DNA from: the human T2T-CHM13v2.0 reference genome, Homo sapiens
DNA length: 64,000 bases
Strand: one strand, 5' to 3'
NCBI RefSeq assembly: GCF_009914755.1
Contig: NC_060926.1
The notes below the pieces were generated by a model, which worked only from the letters and a program-made list of their open reading frames with translations, searched no databases and had not been told where the DNA came from. Position 1 is the stretch's first letter. Each line of letters opens with the position of its first letter. This document shows, in pieces, positions 54,085 to 64,000 of the stretch. The translations under genes were made by a program, and so were the position numbers.

Positions 54085-54280
54085 ATGTATTTAACCATGA
54101 CTCTTTATAAACATCCATATGGGTAGTATTACTGTCCACCATTTTTCTGATGAGAACATTGAGGCAAAAAGAAAAAGGTTAAATAGCTGGTCTAAGATCA
54201 GTAAGGGTTAAGCAACAAAGGTGAGGATTGGAAGCCAGGAAGTTTACTTCGTGAATCCATATTCTTAACTACAGTGTTAT
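54085..54280 (-). mobile_element. MIR SINE
   Basis: CCATTTTTCTGATGAGAACATTGAGGC...GGATTGGAAGCCAGG...TCTTAACTAC. Confidence 0.75.
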
Positions 54281-57200
54281 TTGTCCCTTTAGAATTTATA
54301 CTATCTCCATAATTAAAATTCACAGTAAATTTTACCGTGGCTTATCATTTAAAACTTACACAATGGCTCCACATTTTATAATATGTAGTTGTCATTGGCT
54401 ATATAAATATTTTCAGTCCTTGGAATTGAATATTAAAAAGAAAAAAAGGAATAGGAGGTAAGGAAAACAATAATAAAACTGTAGTCAAGAAAGCAGAAGG
54501 AAAAGAAAAATATACTCCCAAGAATATAGCATCTCGCCTTGAACTGACAGACTCCAGCGTTGTCCCTAATGACAACAATGAGATGGAAACTAACAAAGCC
54601 AAGTATTATTCCTGTCATCTCACTGAACAGAGGCAGTGGTGGTAATTTCCCTTATGTCCTTTAAGGAATCAGGGCCACGCATAATTGCATGTATTCTGTG
54701 TCCTGTCATCCTGGTATGGTTTACTGAGCTTTGCATCCAATCCGAAATTCTATTCTGATTCAGAATTGTGAAATAAATAGTAAATGACTAATGAATGTGC
54801 GCTTCAAAATGCTTTCTCATTATCATGAAGTCCTTGATAAAAAGGGGAGAATTTACCTTAAATAATTGATTCCCTATGTGAAGACCACAGCTCTAACTAA
54901 ACACAGATTATGTATATAATATTTATCTCCTCCTTTTCAAGTAGGTATTAGGAGGAGTGCTTTGGAATTTTAACAAAACATATTATATAACTCTCTGAAT
55001 TCAAAAATGAAAAGAAAAATCTTTAAACTAATTGAACTGAAGTACTTTTTGGCATAATGGAAAGCTTCAATTACAAGTGATGTATAATTCCCCATATGAT
55101 TGACACATTTACCACAGTTACGAAATTACTGAAGATAAATGAGCTGCATGTGTTCCCTCTCAACACACCTAAATTTGAATCCCAAAAGGGAAATTTTCAT
55201 TGAAAAAGGCTCTCTTCTCAACCATATATTTAGAAGCAGAGAATGCCATGGATGACTACAAAAAAAAAAAAAACAAGTTCTTGTTTATCCCTCTGTGTTT
55301 GTATGAATATTTGCATTCAACATCAGCACACCTGCCACATCATAGCAGGACAAGTGGCTTCTGAGCACATGAATGTTTACCTTCTGCTCCTCTGTACACA
55401 TTTGTTTAAAATTCCTCTAAAAATTGAGTCTTCAAAATAAATGCTGTATATAAGGGCTGTATTTGGAGAAAGCTACAACGTTGATTCAATTTTAAAGGAC
55501 TTAGAGAACTACAGGAAATTGTGGACTCAAGTCAAACAAGAAAGGATGTGTTACCAGCAGAGGACTCAATGCTCACTGACAGGCAAAACCTATTGCCGGA
55601 CATATTTTAAAGGGACAACTCTCTAACAGCCTAGCAGCCATAATGAAAATTGGATACACCTCTCCCTGAATTTAGGGTGCTGGTTGAATTCCTATTGCAT
55701 CCTCTATAATTCCCATAGTGCCCTTTCACTCCCTCCTTTTGCTATATCCTCCATCTCCTGTCAGTTTGCCTCACCCTCTGTGAGTCAATAGTCTGTAATG
55801 CAGCTTCTACCCCCAGAAGGAAGACAGCAGTCTAACGAAATCCATTCCGATAAATACTATCTTAATAGTAAGGGGGCATATAAAATGAGTCTAGAGATCA
55901 TAGAATCACAATCATAAGCCGAACCCTCTCTATTATTTTTGTTATTATCATTGTTATAGTAATTTTTGTGTGGGAAAAACACTGCTTTTAGATTCACCAG
56001 AGTAGAACAAATCCCCAATAATTACATAATCCTACCTCTTATCAGATAAATAACGTTTATTTAAATAAAACTTCCAAAACAAACATTGATCCTACCAGTG
56101 AGAAGGATTCCACTTTTATAGATTCCATCAACTCTTTCAGTGCCCAAACCTCTACATACTAAATTTTCTATCTTCAGGGTAGAAGTTGAACACTAATGAG
56201 ATATAAGAACTAATAATCTTTAAAGGAAAAAATAATAAAAGAGTAACATCTTCTCTTTTCACAGGTAAAATCCAGATCTATATTCTGACTCTTACACATA
56301 AAAATAGCCTTAAGTGGAACAACATTTACCCAGAACATGTTTACTGAATACTAACGTTCTCAGAGAAATGCTGCAGTCAATGAACAAAGTTTCATCACCT
56401 AGTTATGTTCCATATATCACAAAGTTTAGCTCTATTTCCAGAATATAATGCTTAACTACATCCTTCTAAGCCTGTGTTCCAGCTCTGTGAAACACTTACA
56501 TTTTTTAATTACATAAAATAACTATGAATATACTAAAGAGTCATTCAGTAATCAAGCAACGTGAAAAGCTCTTATGGTTTTCTTTTGGCATAGATTTTTT
56601 TAATAAAGGTAAATAATCTAAGTTTGGACATCTCTCTAAAATAATTTGTAAGAACTCCACGTATGTAGGAGAGAAGAGAATCAAGAAGAATTTACTAAAG
56701 TTACTTTATCAATATATAAATACAAATATTACCTGTTAATATATGCAAATAAAATATATTTTATACATGCAGTTAATGGTTATGCATCTTTTATAACATT
56801 TTGGTTTAATAAACTTGATGGAATACTATGATGCCATTAAATATATATCAGAAAATTTTATTACAGTAGGATAAACATTGGGTATGTTAGTGAAAAAAGC
56901 TTAAACTAGAATTATATCTTTAAAGTAGCGTAAACCTATTTGATGGAAATGTGTATACTTAAGACTAGGAGAAGCCAAAATACAAGCAATGTTTTAGAAT
57001 GTTGGGATTGTGAAATTTTTAATATTTATTTTTCCTATATTATATATATATAATAATATTTATTTTTCCTACATTATATATATATAAAATCTAAATAATT
57101 AATTTCTACTTCTTGGTAGAATAGTAATTATAGACACTTGATAGATATAAGGGAAATAAAATATGCCAGATTGATGTATTTCTTTGAAAGTTAAGTCTAG

Positions 57201-57389
57201 CATATAAACATCAATGAATATAATGAATCTCCTAGTCATAGACAACTTTATTAGAAGAATCATTAATAATTTCTACCTCTATTGCTCTACCTACCCTCAA
57301 ACATTCACCCAATCCAATCTGGCCTCTTCTGCTGCCCTCCCTGACAACAGTATTAACAGATCTAATGGTCATTTGACAATACTCCACTT

Positions 57390-58540
57390 AATTTCCTAGT
57401 TGAACTTAACCCGATTGACCACTCTTTTTACCTTGACTTCCAAGACACGTTTTTGTCCCTATTTTTCTCTAGTTATTCCTTCTGTCTTTGCAGTAATGGT
57501 ACTTTTTACCTAATCACTCACTACTCAAATACTTCAAGGCTTATTCCTAAGTGGCCTCCTTTCCTTACTTTGTATTATTTCCCTGGGTATTCTTGTTTCT
57601 ACCCCAAGCTTTGCTTGTCTCTGTAAGCAAATGACTCACAGATTTATGTCTCCAGCCCAGACTACTCCTAAAAGCTTTAACCAATTATATTAACTTTCTT
57701 ATATCTCACTTGGATGTCTCAAAAGCCACACTCATCAAAAATAAATCCATAATCCCTCTTACTGCCCCTAAAACTTGATCACTTCCAGTGACCCTTATCT
57801 GAGTAAAAAATACCACCATCCATGCAGTTAGACACAGAAAAGTGATCATTTGTTTACCTCACACATTTACAATATTCAATAGACTCTCTAGTCTCAAGAA
57901 CTATATTTATTAAACATCATTCGTATGCATTAATTAATCTCTATCTTCACAACATCCTGGGTCAAGTTATCACTGTCTCTGTCTCAGATACTGTGTTGGT
58001 CGTTTAGCCCCCCATCTGTCTGTCCAAACTCCAAAGTCACTTTTTAAAAATCACAAATACGTCTTTCTACTCTCCTTCATTAATGAACTCCTTCTGAAGA
58101 TAAACTTATTAATTTGGGATTACCTTTCCGTTCTCTTCTTTCTCCATCCCTGCCACATAATTCCCTTTCCATTTAATGCATACTGGCTATTTGTCAATCT
58201 CTCATATTCTCTATGTCCTCCATCACCATTAGAGCCTGAATGTATTGATTTCTCGGCTTGGAATGACCTTCCTTGCCTTCGTCACCTAATTATCTTGTGC
58301 TCCTTTTGCAGTTATTAGCTAAGAAGTTTTCCTATCCTCCTAACCTCTGTGAATGCCCCTCCTGCCCCCAAATAGGTTTCCATGGCACTCACACATATTG
58401 GTGTCATTATTTGATTTTTTTTAATGTCACTTACTAGATAATAAGCTACATGAAAGCAGGAGGCTGTCAATTTTTTTTCATGATTACAACACCAGCTATT
58501 ATCTAAAATGATTAATTATAAATATCTAATTTTCTACTTG
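57390..58540 (+). mobile_element. L2 LINE
   Basis: CCTTGACTTCCAAGACAC...ATGACTCACAGATTTATGTCTCCAGCCCAGAC...CACTTGGATGTCTC...CTAGATAATAAGCTACATGAAAGCAGG. Confidence 0.82.
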
Positions 58541-58993
58541 AATTATTAACAACTTGTTTAGAATTTAAGTCCTTGACCAGAGTACTTGTGTACAAAGCAT
58601 ATCTCAGGTGAAACTGTGGAATAGGTAATTACTATTATTCCATCTGCTGTTTTCACCCTTTTTTGCTCCAACTTCTGAACTTCTGACAATTCCCTTTACT
58701 CTTGGAAACTGTGTTTCAGTCAGCCTTCTTCTAGCTCTACTCTTTCTGAGCATTCCAAGGATATTTCTGTTTCCAGGTATCTAAAGAACAGAGGAAATTA
58801 CAGAAAAAGTAAAAATAACAGAATTGATTGTTTCCATTTCTGAATGATAAGAGACGGTAGGTAGGTCAATTTGCTTTGTGGCCTTCAAGGTCTGGATTGA
58901 GAGAGGCTCATCCATTCAATCATTTATAGACTCATTAAACAATTAGAGATTACCTCATATTAACAAATTCCATTTGTTGATTACAAGATTCTG

Positions 58994-59145
58994 TAGCTGC
59001 ACTGTTCAACACAGTAGTTACTAGTCACATATGGCTACTTAAATGTAAATTAATTAAAATCAAATACTTTTTATCTGTTTGCATTAGCTACATTTTAGGT
59101 GCCTTTTTTCATCGTTATAAAGCTCCATTGGACATTGTTGTTCTA
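58994..59145. mobile_element. MER3-like hAT MITE, internally deleted
   Basis: CACTGTTCAACACAGTAGTTACTAGTCACATATGGCTACTTAAAT...CATTGGACATTG. Confidence 0.7.
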
Positions 59146-59599
59146 TAATCTGTGTTTTAATACATAAACTCTGTAGTGGAAAAATATTGCTTTCTTCTGC
59201 CTTAAACCTAGATTTGCCTTCTAATCTGTATGCTCTTGGTGGTGGCTTAGGAAAACCAGCTTTCTGTTGTGTTCCTGCAGGATTATTTTCCTCTCTCATC
59301 CAGGAACAGGTGTGGGCAGGTGCCCTAGCTAGAAGAACCCACCTTTTATCAAGGAATTTGGAAAAGAAAAATCATTTTCTGTATAGGTGACTCAACTATG
59401 ATTTCTACATTGTGGTTTGGAGAGGCAGAGGAACTGGATTCAAGGGATAAAGAAGAAAACATATGTGACATAGCCCATTATTAGAGGGGCATCCAGTTTG
59501 GTTTTAGTTCTTTCTTTTCCCTTGTCTTTGAGGTACCATGAGGTACTCCTGAATCCTCAAACATAAGCCGCCTTTTTAGAAAACAAAAGCTAGCTTGAT

Positions 59600-59760
59600 T
59601 AGCCTTCATTTAATCCTCATAATAAATCATGAGGGATAGTTCAATATTCCTATTTACAGATGAGGAATCTTTGGGTTCAGTGAGATTAAGATTAGTCGTA
59701 GAGCATGGATTCAAATCTATATGGCTTACATAAATTGAAAACATTATTTTGCATTATGTT
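59600..59760 (-). mobile_element. MIR SINE
   Basis: TCATTTAATCCTCATAATAA...ATTTACAGATGAGGAA...GGATTCAAATC. Confidence 0.8.
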
Positions 59761-59892
59761 ATAATATTTGTAAGGTACAAGTTTATGCTGGAATCTGAAA
59801 ATAAAGAAATTAATAAGGAATGGCTCTTGGTTAGTTACAGTCTTACTCCATTGTGGTCCAAACGAAAGGAAAGGAATAGAGATTAGGAAGAT

Positions 59893-60455
59893 ATCCACGT
59901 ATCGGCTATAGTGAATAATGCTGAAGTGAATGTAGGAGTATAGCTATCTTTATGAGGTGGTGATTTTGTTTCCTTTGGCGATATATGCAGGGGAAGAATT
60001 GCTAGATCGCATGGTATTTCTAATTTTAATTTCTTTAGGAACCTCCATACTATTTTTGATAATGGCTTCACCAATCTATATTCCCACTAACAGTGAACAA
60101 ATATTCTCTTTTCTCCACACCCTCACCAACACATTATCTCTTATCTTTTTGATAATGGCGATTCAAACAGGTATGAGGTAATATCTCCTAGTGGTTTTGA
60201 TTTGCATTACCCTGAAAATTAGTGATGTTGACCACCTTTTTATGTACCTGTTGGCCATTTTTACATTATCTTTGGAAAAATGCATATCCAAATTCTTACT
60301 TCATTCTTTTAATATGGTTTTGTGTTTTCTCACTATTTCCAATCATATATTTTCCCAATCTGTAGGTTGCGTTTTCATTTTGTCAATTGTTTTTTGCTGT
60401 ACAGAAAATTGTTAGTTTGATATAGTCCCATTTATTTATTTTTGCTTTTGTAGCC
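59893..60455 (-). mobile_element. L1MA-like ORF2 3' segment (inverted part)
   Basis: Minus-strand ORF VWRFLKKLKLEIPCDLAILPL is L1 ORF2p C-terminus-like. Confidence 0.88.
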
Positions 60456-61172
60456 CATGGGATCTTAAAAAAAAAACTGTCAAATAAGAATAAAACAGTT
60501 GTTACCAGTGTCTGGGTGGAGTGGAGAAAATGGGGAGATGTAGGTCAAAGAATACAAAGTAGCAAATATGTAGGATAAATAAGGCAAAAAATATAATCTA
60601 CAACATGAAGACGAAAGTGGACAATAGTTTATTGCATTCGGGATTTTCGCTAAATAAGTAGATGATAGCTGCTGGGGTGGTGAGTAGATAATTATGTGAG
60701 ATAATAGATATGTTAATTTGTTCCACTATAGAAGCCATTTTACTATACAGTTATGGGTGCTTAACTACAGATATATGTTCTCAAAAATGCATCGTTAGGC
60801 AATTTCATCTTTCTGTAAATATCATAGATTGTATTTTCACAAACCTAAATGGTAGAGCCTACTACCCACCTAGGCTATATGGTATACCTATTACTCCTAG
60901 GCTAGAAATCTTTACAGCCTCGTACTATACTGAATACTGTAGGCAATAGTAACAAATACTGTAGGCAATTGTAACACAATGGAAAGTATTTGTATATCTA
61001 AACATAGAAAAGGTACAGTGAAAATACAGTATTATAATCTTATGGTACCACCATTGTATATGCAGTTCATCATTGACTGAAAAGTTGTTATGATGCATGA
61101 CTCTCTCTAAATATCTTAATCTTCATGTTGTATACCTTAAACATGCACAATATGATTTATTTTATTTAAAAA
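60456..61172 (+). mobile_element. L1MA (about MA8) 3' UTR, interrupted by Tigger3a
   Basis: GGGGAGATGTAGGTCAAAGAATACAAAGTAGC...TATGTGAGATAATAGATATGTTAATTTG...CATGTTGTATACCTTAAA. Confidence 0.82.
60748..61103 (-). mobile_element. Tigger3a (MER7A) DNA transposon
   Basis: TA|CAGTTATG...AAATGCATCGTTAGGC...CTAAACATAGAAAAGGTACAG...GCATGACT. Confidence 0.88.
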
Positions 61173-62529
61173 TTGATATTAATGTAGGCCAGTGTGCATA
61201 ATGCAGGGGATTCCTGGAAAAGTCTGACTCGGGGAAAACCCAAACTTTTCTGACAAACACAAGCAAGGTTGTTGCTTGTGTTGAAGTTGAGAAGACTGGA
61301 GTTGAGAAACTCACAGAAGACAGTGGGTCAGATATTAGGCCCAGTTACTTACAACCTGGCATTTCCAGAGAGATGGACTCCCCTAAGGCTAATTCAAACT
61401 CATGCCTGGAAAGAATCAAAAAAAGAAGTTAATCTTGGCTTGATGAAGTCATGAAAGGAGTAGAAAATAGAGAGCCCACTAACTTACCAAGTTTCAGCAT
61501 AATAACTACTGTCCCCTAGCAATGCTTTCTAAAACATAAACCTTTGCAGAAAGTTGATTTGATAGTAATCTCAATGCTTCTAATTTGAGGAAAATAGAGC
61601 ATTGTTTCATTTCTCAGTGGCTTCACTCATTTTCAAACTGTAAATGAGAGAATATTTATATGGCTGCTGAGCAAAAATGAAAAAAAAATGAGGTTTGATT
61701 TGTTTTTGAAGTTTAGAAATATGTCTGTGGATGACTAGCCAAAGATGGCAGAATTTAGATATGATGAGATGGATTGATGTAGCTATCTGCCAAACAGCAT
61801 GATTAAAACCATTCAGACCCTGAAAATGGAGCAGAGAACATTGGCTTTATTTCTATAAACTAAACTGTCACCATCAGACTTAAGTGCTCTTGTCGTGTCA
61901 GAGGATTTATTATTATTAAGAATTTCTCTGACATGCATTCGCCGAGTGCCTCTTTGAAGTTTCCATCAGTCACAGCTCTTTAGTGACATGGTCTGGCTAG
62001 TTTTCAATGATAAAAGGAACTGAGGCATCCATACAAATTAACACTAGTTTCATGCCATAGGCCCCTCATTAATATGTGATTTCAAATGAAGGTGGATTTA
62101 ATCTGTAATACAATTAGTTGGTTGGGGAGGACCACATCAAGCAGTAGAAAAATGTCAGAAAATGTATGTCGAACTCAACTCTTGCAAATCAAAGGTGAGT
62201 CCCTCTATAAGGGAATGTTATTCATCCATTATTTCAATGGTCAACTTACATATGTGAATGTACCATTAGTTAAGATGTGAGACAGACAGGTGACTTTCAG
62301 GTTTATCTCAAGATACTCAATAACGAATATTATTCTTACTACATATCAGGAAAGTAAAATTCTAAAATTGACCTTCTCTCTTATTTCAGAGCAACTTAAT
62401 TCTGCCAAAGACCATCATAGAACCATTTGTATTAAAAACTCTACAGACTGATACTCTCGGAATTCAGCTAGGCCTTCAGCACCACCTGCCAATTCTGTTA
62501 TCTGTCTTTTGTCAGCTACTTTTACCATT

Positions 62530-62935
62530 CCCTTCCTCAAAATTTCAGAACTGTCCCCTTTCCTCAAATTTTCTCTGTACCAAATTTCTACCCCACTTCT
62601 TTAAGCAGATAGCATGACAACCTAGACACTTGTGGCTATCAGGCTTGATTTACCTCAATATTCCACCTCTTTATCTATTACACTTTTACTGCCACAACCA
62701 TCCTTTCTCTCTTTTCATCAATGACATAGAATGAAGTGACCTTCTTCTTGCTCTAAGCCATGCTTTACTCCGGTTTTTGGGGGGTCCTCCTTTCTGCTCT
62801 AAGTCCTGACTACACTAATTAACCTTATTTCCTTTACAAATCTTCAACTTTTTTTTCTATTGGCTCCTCCCTCTTAACTTCATCTCCTTAATCCTAATGA
62901 CCTTCCTTGGCCCCACATTCTCCCCAGCTACTCAC
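62530..62935 (+). mobile_element. L2 fragment
   Basis: Pyrimidine-rich L2-like body (CAAATCTTCAACTTTTTTTTCTATTGGCTCC). Confidence 0.5.
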
Positions 62936-62967
62936 ACAGTCAAAATGTGCTCCACGGTAAATGGTCA

Positions 62968-63455
62968 TGTCAAGAACCTTTGAAGGGAAGGAGATTTCAC
63001 TGTACTTGAAGGCTAACAAGCTAGTGTGCTAGAGTTTCATACTTACTGGCAGAAGACACAAAATTTATGGGTAAGAAACAGAGGACTTCATTCCCATGAA
63101 ACAAGACACATGAAGTTTATGTTTGCATTGGTTCTCCATGCCCCTCAAGTCCCACAGCAGTGATGCAAATGGTGCATGTGGTACTGTGCACACAGTAGAT
63201 TTGTGTTACAGCTAAGGAGACACTAAAGCTTTAAAAAAATATGACAATAGGCTGCTGGCAAACTTGTCTAACTTTGTGCAGGAGGAAGACATTAGTTTTG
63301 TTATTCTGGTTAGGAACAAACCTGCCATCTGTCTTAGAGGGAGAATTAATCTCTACCTTCCAAGGCATTTTGTTATATAAACATCCTTGAAAAGATAATG
63401 TAGGACAAAACTGTCCAGAGACATACACATGTGCCATAGAAAATTGCTCATCCAT
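62968..63455 (-). mobile_element. Solo LTR of an old ERV, family uncertain
   Basis: TGTCAAGAAC...GAAGGG...GCTAACAAG...CTGGCAGAAGACAC resembles a known LTR terminus; subfamily not assigned. Confidence 0.55.
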
Positions 63456-64000
63456 AGGTTGCCTTTCATTTATTTATATTATTAACAATTTTTTGGTAAG
63501 TTGACTGAATGTTCTCTATCTGTTATACATTTTGCTAGGTGGGAAGCACACTACCAGACTTTAAGAATCCTATTTAATTTTTAATGGACACAGTGAACCT
63601 CATAGCACATTTCAAGAATAATGCTGATTTTGGAATGCCCTTACTAATAAATCATAAATCACCTGTAGTCATTTCATTACAGACTGCTGGAAGGGTACTA
63701 GGCATTGTGGTCTGGTAAAAAATTTTCCACTTACATTACAATTGATCCAATAAAGAATAAATTGCAAATAATACTTCAGCATTAATGGTGTTTTCTTCAC
63801 TCTATAAGACATACAAATGGACCTTCATGGAAAATATACTGTTGTAGTTGCTATAAGCCTCTATTTCATTTTAAGCCAAGACTCAAAATCACATCATATT
63901 AAATAACTGTGTGTGTTTGGTCTTTTGGGGTAGGGATGAGAAAACACATTTTGCCAAGTTTAGCATTGTGAGTTCAGAGTTCAGAAGAAAATTCAATTCT

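Noticed and set aside
54430-54654. Stop-free plus-strand frame with a hydrophilic, protein-like translation (GGKENNNKTVVKKAEGKEKY...)
   Set aside because: Only a late ATG, an in-frame stop lies between it and the nearest acceptor, the composition is A-rich and I recognise no protein; BLASTX or PhyloCSF would settle it.

Overview
AT-rich, CpG-poor primate genomic DNA, almost certainly human: a full-length AluYb8 at 41155-41477 carries the diagnostic 7-bp duplication, and this subfamily is essentially human-specific. It reads as intergenic or deep-intronic sequence. I find no supportable protein-coding exon, RNA gene, CpG island or CRISPR array. The ORF track is explained by Alu, L1, LTR and microsatellite sequence or by chance. 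Much of the window is interspersed repeats: 7 Alus, several L1s (L1PA to L1ME), L2/MIR, a THE1A-like provirus, solo LTRs and hAT/Tigger DNA transposons, plus a 38-bp VNTR and many STRs. I see no evidence of a new gene-based system. The most unusual signals are local copy events that repeat annotation does not explain. One is a ~160-bp diverged direct copy (32226 vs 35910) inside a scarred, ORF2-deleted L1. The other is an ~85-bp inverted copy of the TATA region of a neighbouring LTR (44387 vs 45068). Subfamily names come from remembered consensus sequences. Boundaries of old repeats are approximate and should be confirmed with RepeatMasker/Dfam.
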